64,000 nucleotides of DNA from Candidatus Multivoradales bacterium (lineage in GTDB: Bacteria > Acidobacteriota > Thermoanaerobaculia > Multivoradales > Multivoraceae): contig CBDCWI010000001.1 in NCBI GenBank assembly GCA_965223325.1, forward strand, positions 192,001-256,000, in the 5' to 3' direction. The first letter of the stretch is position 1, and every line of letters begins with the position of its first letter. Below, piece by piece: positions 48,592 through 58,674 of this stretch. Made by a program: the position numbers and the translations under genes. The notes under the pieces were generated by a model, which saw only the letters and a list, made by a program, of their open reading frames with translations, did not search any database and was not told the DNA's origin.

Positions 48592-51500
48592 ATGACGAAC
48601 ACACCCCGAACACAGGTCGGGCGCGTGCCCGCGACTTCGGTCCGCCGCGCCCTCGCCGGCGCATCTTCGATGGCGCTTTCTGTGGTGCTCTTTGGCGCCG
48701 CGTCAGTCGCCGCCCAGGCGCCGGCTGACAAACCGACGCCACCGCCCTACTACGCGATCGAGGGCGCCCGTGTCATGACGGTCTCAGGCGACTCTCTCGA
48801 GAGCGCGACAGTCGTGATCGCCGAAGGCTTGATCACCGCCATTGGAACCGATGTCGACATTCCTGGTGACGCCTGGGTGATCGACGGGGAAGGTCTGACG
48901 GTCTACCCGGGCCTCATCGATGCGCTCACCTCGCGTGGCCTCGAGAAGCCAGAGTCCGAAAGCTCCGACAGCGGCGGCGGCTTTCCATTCGGCGGCAGTG
49001 GCCCGACCATTCGGGGACCGGAAGACCGCCCCAAGACCACCACCTGGCTCGAAGCTGCGGAGTCGCTCGACGACGACGAGGAGGCCTTCCTCGACTGGCG
49101 CAAAGCAGGCTTCACCACCGCCCTCATTGCCAGCGACGAGGGCATCTTCCCCGGTCGCGGTTCGGTCGTAGCGCTCTCTGACCAGGAAGACAACAATCGT
49201 GTCGTGCGCGAGGGAGCGGTGCAACGCATCCGCTTCCCCACCGGCGGCTTCGGTTCCTACCCGGGTTCTCTAATGGGCGTCATCGCCTACGTCGACCAGA
49301 CCTTGATGGACGCGGCCTGGTATCAGAAGGCCCAGGCGCTCTACGACCAAGACCCCACCAACCGCGAACGGCCGCTCTTCGACCGCGCGCTGGGTCCACT
49401 CGCCCAGGCGATCGAGAGCGCAACACCGTTCCTCCTACCGGCGAACAACGGTCGCGAGATCGACCGCGCTCTTCTGCTGGCCGAAAACCACAGTCTCGAG
49501 GCGGTGCTGACCGGCGGGCAGAGTGCCTGGCAACGTCGCGATCAGCTCGCCCTGAGCAAGACACCGGTCATCATCGACCTCGAGTGGCCCGAAGAGAAGA
49601 AGGACCGTGATCCCGATCGCGACCCCGCCTACACCGACCTTCTGCATCGTTTGATGGCACCGCGTACGCCAGGTCTCTTAGCGGAAGCGGGCGTTCCGTT
49701 TGCGTTCTCATCCGGCGGTCTGACGAGCCCCGACAAGGTCTTCGAGGCGGTCCGCAAGGCCGTCGACGAGGGCCTGGACAGCGACCGCGCATTGCGTGCG
49801 ATGACCCTCGACGCGGCGCGCATTCTAGGCGTCGACGACCGCGTGGGCAGCGTCGAGGTCGGCAAGATCGCCAACCTGGTCATCGCCAGCGGCGAGCCCT
49901 GGGCCGAAGACGCCGAGATCCACAGCGTGATGATCGATGGGCGCATCTATCGCGAGCGCGCGGAACCCGAAGGCGACAGCGAACCGCCCACCGAGGACGC
50001 CTCTGGGACCTGGGACCTCGTCCTCGACACGCCCCAGGGCAACCAGGAGATGACCGCAGAGTTCGAAATGGCCGAAGACGGCAAGGTCACCGGCGAAGTC
50101 GACAGTGAGCGCCTCGGCAAGCGCAGCGTCAAGGACGCGCGTGTCTCGGGCGACCTGTTGACGTTCACCGTCAGCGCCGAGTTTGGCGGGCAGAGCGTCG
50201 ACGTGGGCTACAACGCCACCCTCGCGGGCGACGCGCTCGACGGTTCAGTGAGCGCCGGACCGATGACCTTCGACATGTCGGGCACCCGCACCGCCTCGCC
50301 AGAGACGGATGAGGGAGGCGATGCCCCGGCCACCGAGATCACCAGCGTTCCCACCGAAGAGCTGCTCGAAGTCGAGCGCCTGCGCCAGGGTGTGGTCACC
50401 GCGATGGACAGCTACGCGATCACCAACGCCACCGTCTGGACGGTCTCCGGTGACACCTTGGAAAACGCCACCGTCCTCGTCGACGACGGCAAGATCACCA
50501 CCGTCGGCGGCGACGTTGCGGTGCCCAGCGGGGCAACGGTCATCGATGCCGAGGGCGGCCACCTGATTCCAGGCATCATCGACGCGCACTCGCACATCGC
50601 CATCGAGGGCGGCGTCAACGAAGGCTCGCTGGCGGTCACTTCGATGGTCGGCACCGGTGACGTCATCGACCCCGACGACATCGCGATCTATCGCGCCCTC
50701 GCCGGCGGCGTGACCACCGCCAACCTTCTACACGGGAGCGCCAACCCCATCGGAGGACGTAACGCAGTCGTCAAGCTGCTCTGGGGTCAGCCGGCCGCAG
50801 CCATGCGGCTCGACAGTGCGCCCAAGGGCATCAAGTTCGCGCTCGGCGAGAACCCCAAACGCTCGCGCAACTTTGGCCCGATTCCGCCCCGCTACCCTGC
50901 CACCCGCATGGGGGTCATGGACGTCATTCGCCAATCGTTCCTCGACGCCCGGGAGTACCAGAAGGAGTGGCAGGCATGGGAGTCGGCCCAGAAGAACAGA
51001 AAAAGGGACGACCGTGAGCTGATCCCACCGCGTCGAGATCGAGAGCTCGAGGCACTCGCCGAGATCCTCGAAGGCACCCGTCTCGTGCACTCCCACTGCT
51101 ATCGCGAAGACGAGATCCTGCAGCTGATTCGCCTCGCCGACGAGATGGGTTTCAAGATCGCCACCCTCCAGCACGTCCTCGAGGGCTATAAGGTAGCCGA
51201 CGAGATCGCCGCCCACGGTGCCGGCGCATCGACCTTCTCCGACTGGTGGGGCTACAAAGTCGAGGCTTACGACGCCATTCCTCACAACGCCGCCCTGATG
51301 ACCGACCGCGGCGTCCTGGTGTCGATCAACTCCGACAGCGACGAGGAGATGCGCCACCTAAACCTCGAGGCCGCCAAGTCGATCAAGTGGGGCGGGCTCG
51401 ATGAGGTCGCCGCCATGGCCCTGGTGACATTGAACCCCGCTAAACAGCTGCGCATCGACGACCGTGTCGGGTCGATCGAAGTCGGCAAAGACGCCGACCT

Positions 51501-51744
51501 GGTGCTCTATGACGGCCACCCGTTCAGCACCTTCTCGGTCGTCCAGAAAACCTTCATCGATGGCGACGTCTACTTCGACATCGACCACGACCGCAAGCGT
51601 CAGGCTGCGATCAACGACATGAAGGAGAGGCTGTTGGGCGATGGCGAAGACGGCGGTGACGAGTCTGACGCTTCCGAAACACCGAGTGGAACCACTCCGG
51701 TAACCCCCGACCTACAAGCCAACGCTGGCCTGGAGGACCGCTGA
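48592..51744 (+). CDS. Secreted double amidohydrolase-domain protein
   Basis: Signal peptide; two PGxID units (PGLIDALT, PGIIDAHSH), two GSxEVGK motifs, HSHCY, QHVLEGY, NSD. Confidence 0.88.
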   Translation: MTNTPRTQVGRVPATSVRRALAGASSMALSVVLFGAASVAAQAPADKPTPPPYYAIEGARVMTVSGDSLESATVVIAEGLITAIGTDVDIPGDAWVIDGEGLTVYPGLIDALTSRGLEKPESESSDSGGGFPFGGSGPTIRGPEDRPKTTTWLEAAESLDDDEEAFLDWRKAGFTTALIASDEGIFPGRGSVVALSDQEDNNRVVREGAVQRIRFPTGGFGSYPGSLMGVIAYVDQTLMDAAWYQKAQALYDQDPTNRERPLFDRALGPLAQAIESATPFLLPANNGREIDRALLLAENHSLEAVLTGGQSAWQRRDQLALSKTPVIIDLEWPEEKKDRDPDRDPAYTDLLHRLMAPRTPGLLAEAGVPFAFSSGGLTSPDKVFEAVRKAVDEGLDSDRALRAMTLDAARILGVDDRVGSVEVGKIANLVIASGEPWAEDAEIHSVMIDGRIYRERAEPEGDSEPPTEDASGTWDLVLDTPQGNQEMTAEFEMAEDGKVTGEVDSERLGKRSVKDARVSGDLLTFTVSAEFGGQSVDVGYNATLAGDALDGSVSAGPMTFDMSGTRTASPETDEGGDAPATEITSVPTEELLEVERLRQGVVTAMDSYAITNATVWTVSGDTLENATVLVDDGKITTVGGDVAVPSGATVIDAEGGHLIPGIIDAHSHIAIEGGVNEGSLAVTSMVGTGDVIDPDDIAIYRALAGGVTTANLLHGSANPIGGRNAVVKLLWGQPAAAMRLDSAPKGIKFALGENPKRSRNFGPIPPRYPATRMGVMDVIRQSFLDAREYQKEWQAWESAQKNRKRDDRELIPPRRDRELEALAEILEGTRLVHSHCYREDEILQLIRLADEMGFKIATLQHVLEGYKVADEIAAHGAGASTFSDWWGYKVEAYDAIPHNAALMTDRGVLVSINSDSDEEMRHLNLEAAKSIKWGGLDEVAAMALVTLNPAKQLRIDDRVGSIEVGKDADLVLYDGHPFSTFSVVQKTFIDGDVYFDIDHDRKRQAAINDMKERLLGDGEDGGDESDASETPSGTTPVTPDLQANAGLEDR

Positions 51745-53078
51745 TGAACCGTTCGACCATGAATCTCTTATGGCTCTCCTCCCTGGTTGTCGGCGTGCTG
51801 CTCGCGCCGGCGGCGATGGCCGACACGATCGTGATCAAGGGTGCCACCGTGCACTCGATGGCCGGCGAACCGGCCGTCGCCGACGTGGTCATCACCGACG
51901 GACGCATCGAGAGCGTCGCCACGAACGTCTCCGCCCCGGCGGGAGCGACGGTCATCGATGCCGAAGGCAAGCACGTTTATCCGGGCATCATCGATGCCTG
52001 GAGCCAGATCGGGCTGATCGAGATCAACTCGATCGCGGCCACCGTCGATGCCGCCGAAATGGGTCGCTTCAACTCGCACCTGGTCGCCGCCGCTGCGGTC
52101 CATCCGTCGAGTGAGCTCATCCCGGTGGCACGTGCCAACGGGGTTCTGGCAGCGGTCGTCGCACCGCAAACGAGCGGCGACTCGATCGTTGCCGGTCAAT
52201 CGAGCTTCATACACCTCGACGGTTGGACGGTCGAGGAGATGGCGGTTAAACAGCGCATGGCCCTGGCGATTCGCTGGCCAGGAATCGTCACCCGCAGTTT
52301 CGACTTCTCCACCTTCAGCATGAAGGAATCGTCGTGGAACGACGCCAAGAAGAAGGCCCACGAACAGCAGAACGACCTGCGCGACTGGTTCGACGCAGCG
52401 CGCCACTACAAACAGGCCTTCGACACGGGCTCGGGCCGCACGTCCCGCGACCTGCAGCTCGAGGGGTTCGTGGCGGCGCTCGACGGCGAACTGCCGGTCG
52501 TCTTGGCAGCCAACGAGAGTGGGGACATCGAAGCGGCGCTCGATTTCGCCGCCGAGTACGACCTCGAGCCGATCATCGCCGGCGGGCGTGACGCCTGGAA
52601 GGTCAAGGAAAGGCTCGCGGAAGAAGGCGTGCCGGTCATCCTGGGCCTCACGCACGACACGCCCGACCAGGACGACGACCCCTACGACCGTCCCTTCCGG
52701 ACCGCTGGGGAGCTCTACGAAGCCGGGGTCACCATCGCCTTCGCCACCGGTGCCGGCGGCGGGCGCGGACCGGGTGGTCCACACCTCGCACGCACCCTTC
52801 CCTACGAGGCGGCCGCAGCAGTCGGCTATGGCCTTCCACCCGAAGCAGCCCTCGCCGCTCTCACCATCGGCCCCGCCCGGGTGTTTGGCATCGACGACCA
52901 GATCGGCACCATCGAAGCCGGCAAGATCGCCAACCTGATGATCACCGATGGCAACCCCCTCGAGATCACGACCACGGTCGAGGGCGTGGTCATCGCGGGT
53001 CGCCAGGTGTCCCTCGAGAACCGGCACCAGCGCCTGTACGAAAAGCACGCTTCGCGGCCCCTGCCCGGATCAGACTGA
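51744..53078 (+). CDS. Secreted amidohydrolase-family protein (metal ligands degenerate)
   Basis: Signal peptide; PGIIDAWSQ, GTIEAGKIANL; start overlaps the upstream stop. Confidence 0.85.
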   Translation: MNRSTMNLLWLSSLVVGVLLAPAAMADTIVIKGATVHSMAGEPAVADVVITDGRIESVATNVSAPAGATVIDAEGKHVYPGIIDAWSQIGLIEINSIAATVDAAEMGRFNSHLVAAAAVHPSSELIPVARANGVLAAVVAPQTSGDSIVAGQSSFIHLDGWTVEEMAVKQRMALAIRWPGIVTRSFDFSTFSMKESSWNDAKKKAHEQQNDLRDWFDAARHYKQAFDTGSGRTSRDLQLEGFVAALDGELPVVLAANESGDIEAALDFAAEYDLEPIIAGGRDAWKVKERLAEEGVPVILGLTHDTPDQDDDPYDRPFRTAGELYEAGVTIAFATGAGGGRGPGGPHLARTLPYEAAAAVGYGLPPEAALAALTIGPARVFGIDDQIGTIEAGKIANLMITDGNPLEITTTVEGVVIAGRQVSLENRHQRLYEKHASRPLPGSD

Positions 53079-53098
53079 ATCAACCCCCTGGCAGCGAA

Positions 53099-53144
53099 CA
53101 AGAAAGGCCGCATCGAGCACAAGCTCGCGTGCGGCCTTTTCTTT
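53099..53144. terminator. Bidirectional intrinsic terminator
   Basis: aagaaaggccgca-tcgagcacaagctcgcg-tgcggccttttcttt between convergent genes. Confidence 0.75.
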
Positions 53145-53179
53145 GGGGCCCTTTTCTTTGGGGCCCTTTTCTTTGGGGC
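53135..53179 (+). repeat. 15-bp tandem repeat x3
   Basis: CCTTTTCTTTGGGGC, perfect copies at 53135, 53150 and 53165. Confidence 0.95.
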
Positions 53180-53202
53180 TCTGAGACCCGAGGACGGGAG
53201 AA

Positions 53203-53508
53203 CTACCAGGAGGCCTTGGTGACTCCGGGGAGCTCTCCCGAACGCGCCAGGTCGCGCAGGGCGATGCGCGACAGCCCGAAACGACGGTAGTACCCGCGCG
53301 GGCGACCGCTCAGCGCACAGCGATTGCGAATGCGGATGGGGCTCGAGTCGCGCGGCAGCTTCTGGAGCGCGATCATGGTCGCCATCTTCTCGTCGTCTGA
53401 GAGGTTCGGGTCCTTCATCTTGCGACGAAGCTCGTCCCGCTTCTCTTTATAGACCGCCACCAGCCGAATGCGTTCTTTGTTCTTGGCGATTGAACTCAAC
53501 TTGGCCAT
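53203..53508 (-). CDS. rpsN: 30S ribosomal protein S14, long Zn-independent form
   Basis: [10 protein letters not shown]...[32 protein letters not shown]...GVTKASW, 101 aa. Confidence 0.97.
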   Translation of the reverse strand: MAKLSSIAKNKERIRLVAVYKEKRDELRRKMKDPNLSDDEKMATMIALQKLPRDSSPIRIRNRCALSGRPRGYYRRFGLSRIALRDLARSGELPGVTKASW

Positions 53509-53521
53509 TTCTTCTTCTCGC

Positions 53522-53776
53522 TCAGTTCTTGGAGTCGGACTTTTTGTATTTGCGCTGGAACTTCTCGATCCGGCCGGCGGTATCGACAAAGTGCTGGCGA
53601 CCGGTGTAGAAGGGGTGCGAAGCCGAGGAGATTTCGAGACGGATCTCGTAGTGCTCCACGCCATCGATCACTCGCGTGTGTTCACTGGTCATGGTCGAGC
53701 GCGAAATGAGCTCGAAGTCCGCACCGGCGTCGACATAGACGACCGGGTGCAACTCGGGATGAATGTCTTTCTTCAT
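53522..53776 (-). CDS. rpmE2: 50S ribosomal protein L31 type B
   Basis: MKKDIHP...[12 protein letters not shown]...AGRIEKF; no cysteines. Confidence 0.96.
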   Translation of the reverse strand: MKKDIHPELHPVVYVDAGADFELISRSTMTSEHTRVIDGVEHYEIRLEISSASHPFYTGRQHFVDTAGRIEKFQRKYKKSDSKN

Positions 53777-54139
53777 GATGGTTCTCGCTGCGCTCCGGCC
53801 GTCATGGAGACGGTGGGCGCGACCTGGCTCCGCCGAGGGGTAACCCTGGGATCAAACGATGGTCGGAAGGCCTTGGGACTCGCCGCCTTCCGGCTGATGT
53901 TCCTGCTGCCGTGGCCATCGCGAACGGCCACCGATCACACACTGAAATGTGCACAGGAACGCGGAATATAGCACGGTCAGGCCCGCCGGGCCCAGAAACC
54001 CTCCCGGCCGGACTCCGCTTTGGGCCCTGCGGGCGCTTCATCCCGGGACCATCCCGCGTGGTAGCTTGCGGCGCAATATCCCACATTCTGAACCCTCAGT
54101 GATTGACATCCGGCCCGGCCGGCCCCTTCGGAGACCCTC

Positions 54140-57100
54140 ATGCGACCCGATTCTTCTCCCTCCCCCACTCGCCGCCCTTCCTCTTGCCCGCTGGGATCAG
54201 CCCTTCTGCTCCTCGCGGCCCTGGCCCTGGTGGCGAGCGGCAGCCTGGTGGCCCAGGGCAGCGCGCACGACTACCAGCCCGATGAAAGCAACCAGACGAT
54301 CGACCCCGAGATCCTCGAGGGGCTCGAGTTCCGCTTCTCGGGCTTTTCCCGCGGCGGGCGCTCGACGGCAGTGGCCGGGGTGCCTGGCCAGCCCATGGTC
54401 TACTACTTCGGCGGCACCGGCGGCGGCGTCTGGAAGACCACCAACGCCGGCAACACCTGGGAGAACATCTCCGACGGATCGTTCGGCGTCGGCTCGGTAG
54501 GGGCAATCGCCGTCGCGCCTTCTGACCCCAATGTGGTCTACGTCGGAACCGGCTCGGCCTGCCCGCGCGGCAACATCTCGAACGGCGACGGCATGTACCG
54601 CTCGCTCGACGCCGGTGCCACCTGGACCCACATCGGTCTCGAGGCCGCCGGTCAGATCGGGCGCATTGCCGTGCATCCGAAAGACGCAGACCTGCTCTAC
54701 GCTGCGGTTCTCGGCAATCTCTTCGGGCCCAACGAGGAGCGCGGCGTCTACCGGTCGAAGGACGGCGGTGCGACCTGGGAGAACGTCAACTTCATCTCGG
54801 CACACACCGGCTTTGTCGACCTGGCGATGGACGCCACGAACCCGCGCATCATCTACGCCGCCGCCTGGCGGGCCGACCGCAAGCCCTGGGGGCTGACCTC
54901 GGGAAGCGAAGAGGGTGGCCTGTGGAAGACCACCGACGGCGGTGACACCTGGGAACAGCTGACTGGCGGTCTGCCGGAAGGCCTGGTGGGCCGAATCGGG
55001 GTGACCGTTTCGCCGGCCCGGCCGGAGCGCGCCTGGGCGTTGATCGAGGCCCCCGGGGACAAGGGCGGCGTCTACCGCACCGACGATGGCGGCAAGACCT
55101 GGAAGCAGATCAACACCGACGCCAAGCTCAAGCAGCGCCCCTGGTACTACTCGCACATCTACGCCGACCCGCACAACGCCGACATGGTCTATGCCTTGAA
55201 CACCGGCTTCTACCGCTCGATCGACGGCGGGCGCAGCTTCCCAGAACAGATTCGGGTGCCGCACGGAGACAACCACGACCTGTGGATCAACCCCAACGAT
55301 CCCACCAACATGATCAACGCCAATGACGGCGGCGCCAACGTTTCGTTCGATAGCGGTGGGTCCTGGAGCTGGCAGATGAACCAGCCCACCGCCGAGATGT
55401 ACCGGGTGTTCGTCGACGACCACTGGCCCTACCGGATCTACGGCCCGCAGCAGGACAACAGCACGATCCGCATCCCGAGCCAGGGCCGCGTCGCCTGGAA
55501 CCGCCAGCCGCCCGACTGGAAGTCGGTCGGCGGCTGCGAGAGCGGCCATATTGGAATCGACCCGCGCGACAACGACGTCGTCTATGCCGGCTGCTACGGC
55601 GGCTCGATCAGTCGCGTCGATCTCGAGACCGGCGACTACCGCCAGATCATTACCTACCCGCAGCTGCAGCTCGGGGCGGCGCCGCGCGATCTCAAGTATC
55701 GCTTCCAGTGGAACGCTCCGATTTCGATCTCACCGCACGACCCGGACGTGATCTACCACACATCGCAGGTGGTTCATCGTTCGAACGACAAGGGTCAGTC
55801 CTGGAGCGTCATCTCACCCGATCTCACCACCGACAACGAGGAGCAGCAGGACTACACCGGTGGCCCAATCTCGCACGACTCGACCGGCGTCGAGGTCTAC
55901 AACACCATCTTCGAGTTCGTCGAGTCGCCGGCACGGGCCGGAGAGATGTGGAGCGGCTCGGACGACGGTCTGATTCACGTTTCACGCGATGGCGGCGAAA
56001 CCTGGGATGACGTGACCCCAGCGGGCATGCCCGAGGGCGGCACGGTCAACATGATCGACATCTCACCGCACGACCCGGATCGCCTGCACACCGCGGTCTA
56101 CCGCTACCGCGAGAACGACTTCCGTCCCTACATCTTCCAGAGCAACGACAGCGGCACGAGCTGGACGCTCCTCACCACCGGCAGGAACGGCATCCCTGAA
56201 ACCAACTTCACCCGCTCAGTCGTCGAGGACCCGGTGCGTCGTGGGCTGCTCTACGCCGGCACCGAGTACGGCCTCTACGTGTCGTTTGACGACGGCGCGC
56301 ACTGGCAGCGGTTCCAGGGTGAGAACCTCCCGGTCACTCCGATCACCGACATGGTCATTCATCGCAACGACCTGGTGATGTCGACCCAGGGGCGCTCCTT
56401 CTGGATCTTCGATGACCTCTCCCCCATCCAGCAACTGACCGCCGAAGTCGCCAACAAAGACATGCACCTGTTCGCCCCGCGTACCGCCTACCGGGGCGGC
56501 AACGGTGCTGAGATTCGCTTCTGGTCAAAGGCCGAGCCCGCAGAAGCGGTGCGAATCGAGATCCTCGACGGAGCCGACGTGGTCTACGAAACAGAATGGA
56601 AGCCTGGCAAGGATGGCGCCGGCGACGACGGCCCCGGCGGTGGCGGCTTCTTCGGCTTCGGGCCGGCAAAGCTCGAGGTCGCCCTTGGCCTCAACTCGTT
56701 CAATTGGAACCTACGCGGTGAGGCACCGAAGGCCCCCGAAGGCGTCGTGCACTGGGGCTTTACCCCTGGCATCGCCGCGGTGCCTGGCACCTACACCGTG
56801 CGCATGACGTCGGGCGAATGGTCCGAAGAGCAGCCACTCGAGATCAAGGGCTGGCCGACGGTTTCCACGAGCCAGGCGGAATACGACGCGCAGCGCGAGA
56901 TGAGTCTCCAGATCGCTGACCGCCTCGAAAGCATCTACGACGCCATCAACAAGATCCGCTCGATCAAGGGTCAAGTCAAAGCCGCCAGCGAGCGCCTCGA
57001 GAAGGCCGGCATCGAGGACGAGGACCTCACCGAGCAGGCCAAGGCGCTCGACGAAGCGCTCTCAGCCGTCCTGGGCAAGCTCACCCAGGTCAAGAGCAAG

Positions 57101-57358
57101 TCGGGCCAAGACCCCCTCAACTTCCCACCAATGATCGACAACCAGTACGTCGAGCTCTACGCCTACGTGGTCGCCAGCGAGTACCAGCCCCCGGCCGGGG
57201 CACAGCAAAGGCTCGACGACTTGCAGCCCGAGTTCGACGCCTTGATGGCCGAGTACGGCGAGTCCCTAGAAGGCGTCGAAGCCTTCAACCAGGCAGTCGC
57301 CGCCAAGAACGTGCCAGCGATCGTCGTCGACGAAGCCGAGAAGGGCGACGACGACTGA
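54140..57358 (+). CDS. Secreted BNR/Asp-box (VPS10/sortilin-like) beta-propeller protein, putative glycosyl hydrolase
   Basis: Many S/T-x-D-x-G-x-T-W repeats, HGDNHDLW, QDNS, YRFQWNAP; C-terminal helical region. Confidence 0.88.
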   Translation: MRPDSSPSPTRRPSSCPLGSALLLLAALALVASGSLVAQGSAHDYQPDESNQTIDPEILEGLEFRFSGFSRGGRSTAVAGVPGQPMVYYFGGTGGGVWKTTNAGNTWENISDGSFGVGSVGAIAVAPSDPNVVYVGTGSACPRGNISNGDGMYRSLDAGATWTHIGLEAAGQIGRIAVHPKDADLLYAAVLGNLFGPNEERGVYRSKDGGATWENVNFISAHTGFVDLAMDATNPRIIYAAAWRADRKPWGLTSGSEEGGLWKTTDGGDTWEQLTGGLPEGLVGRIGVTVSPARPERAWALIEAPGDKGGVYRTDDGGKTWKQINTDAKLKQRPWYYSHIYADPHNADMVYALNTGFYRSIDGGRSFPEQIRVPHGDNHDLWINPNDPTNMINANDGGANVSFDSGGSWSWQMNQPTAEMYRVFVDDHWPYRIYGPQQDNSTIRIPSQGRVAWNRQPPDWKSVGGCESGHIGIDPRDNDVVYAGCYGGSISRVDLETGDYRQIITYPQLQLGAAPRDLKYRFQWNAPISISPHDPDVIYHTSQVVHRSNDKGQSWSVISPDLTTDNEEQQDYTGGPISHDSTGVEVYNTIFEFVESPARAGEMWSGSDDGLIHVSRDGGETWDDVTPAGMPEGGTVNMIDISPHDPDRLHTAVYRYRENDFRPYIFQSNDSGTSWTLLTTGRNGIPETNFTRSVVEDPVRRGLLYAGTEYGLYVSFDDGAHWQRFQGENLPVTPITDMVIHRNDLVMSTQGRSFWIFDDLSPIQQLTAEVANKDMHLFAPRTAYRGGNGAEIRFWSKAEPAEAVRIEILDGADVVYETEWKPGKDGAGDDGPGGGGFFGFGPAKLEVALGLNSFNWNLRGEAPKAPEGVVHWGFTPGIAAVPGTYTVRMTSGEWSEEQPLEIKGWPTVSTSQAEYDAQREMSLQIADRLESIYDAINKIRSIKGQVKAASERLEKAGIEDEDLTEQAKALDEALSAVLGKLTQVKSKSGQDPLNFPPMIDNQYVELYAYVVASEYQPPAGAQQRLDDLQPEFDALMAEYGESLEGVEAFNQAVAAKNVPAIVVDEAEKGDDD

Positions 57359-57389
57359 GGAAAGGCGCCGAGGCGCCTGAGCGGGTGCG

Positions 57390-58538
57390 CTACGAACGAC
57401 TGAGCTGGGTCTCCACCAGAGTCGCCCAGTAGCGCCCCCCCAACGCCAGGATCTCGTCGTTGAAGTCGTAGAGCGGCGTATGCAGCCCCGCGCTGTCGCC
57501 GTTGCCGATCATGATGAAGGCACCGGGTCGCTGCTGGAGCATGAACGAGAAGTCTTCCGAGCCCATGATCGGTGCGGCGTCGGTGTTGACGTTCTTTCCC
57601 ACTTCCCGCGCCGCGTCGGCCGCCTCATGCACTTCTTTTTCGGTGTTGACCGTCGCCGGGTAGTAGTGCTTGTAGTCGAGGGTATAGGTGGCGCCGTGAG
57701 CTCGGGTGATGCCGTCGAGGATCTCACCCATGCGCCGCTCGACGAGCGCCTGGACCGGCTCCCGGAACGTGCGCACACAGCCGCCGCACACCACCTCGGC
57801 CGGAATCACGTTGTCGGCATGCCCAGCGTGGAACTGAGTGATCGACAAAACGGCACTGTCGAGGGGATCGATCGAGCGCGCCACGATCGACTGCAAGGCA
57901 ATCAGCGCCTCGGCGGCCACCAGCACAATGTCGACCGCTCCGTGTGGAAATGCTGCGTGGCCTCCGGGCCCGGCGATCGTGTACTCGACAACGTCGATCG
58001 CCGCCAACATCGGCCCGCTCCGCAGGGCGAAGTCTCCCACCGGCAACTTCGGCATGTTGTGCATACCAAAGACCCGCTCGGCCGGAAACTTCTCGAACAG
58101 ACCGCCTTCGATCATCGCCCGCGCACCGCCGTCCTTCTCTTCGGCAGGCTGGAAGATGAAGTAGACCGTGCCGTCGAAGTTCCTGGTCTCGGCCAGATAG
58201 CGCGCCGCGCCCAGAAGCATCGAGGTATGCCCGTCGTGCCCGCAGGCATGCATCACGCCCTCGTTCGTCGACGCATGTCCCAGTCCGGTCTCCTCGGTGA
58301 TCGGAAGCGCATCCATATCCGCCCGGAGGGCGATCTTGTTGTCCGAGTCTCCGACTGTGAGCGTCCCCACGACCCCAGTCACTCCCAGACCCCGATGCAC
58401 CTCGATTCCGAACGAAGTCAAGAGCTCAGCCACCTTCTTGGACGTCCGCACCTCTTCGAAGGCGAGCTCAGGGTGGGCATGGAAGTCGCGCCGCCAGGCG
58501 GTCATTTCAGCGGACAGGGTTTCGAAGAAATCAGCCAT
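57390..58538 (-). CDS. M20 family amidohydrolase
   Basis: RRDFHAHPELAFEE, RADMDALP, MHACGHDGH, QPAEE, GSEDF. Confidence 0.94.
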   Translation of the reverse strand: MADFFETLSAEMTAWRRDFHAHPELAFEEVRTSKKVAELLTSFGIEVHRGLGVTGVVGTLTVGDSDNKIALRADMDALPITEETGLGHASTNEGVMHACGHDGHTSMLLGAARYLAETRNFDGTVYFIFQPAEEKDGGARAMIEGGLFEKFPAERVFGMHNMPKLPVGDFALRSGPMLAAIDVVEYTIAGPGGHAAFPHGAVDIVLVAAEALIALQSIVARSIDPLDSAVLSITQFHAGHADNVIPAEVVCGGCVRTFREPVQALVERRMGEILDGITRAHGATYTLDYKHYYPATVNTEKEVHEAADAAREVGKNVNTDAAPIMGSEDFSFMLQQRPGAFIMIGNGDSAGLHTPLYDFNDEILALGGRYWATLVETQLSRS

Positions 58539-58674
58539 TGTGGGGCTCCTGCAGTTCGATCGATCAAGGGATCTTTTCATGCCCCTCCGTAACAACGATC
58601 CCAGGATCCGGAACAGCCCTCTCGAGGCACCTCTTCCTCACCAGACATTCCGCTCACTCGCAAAGGAAACCTCC

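Noticed and set aside
53777-54130. Additional ribosomal protein gene or Zur box upstream of rpmE2
   Set aside because: Translations do not resemble L32/L33/L36/S18; only a short TTGCG-g-CGCAA palindrome, unlike Zur boxes I know.
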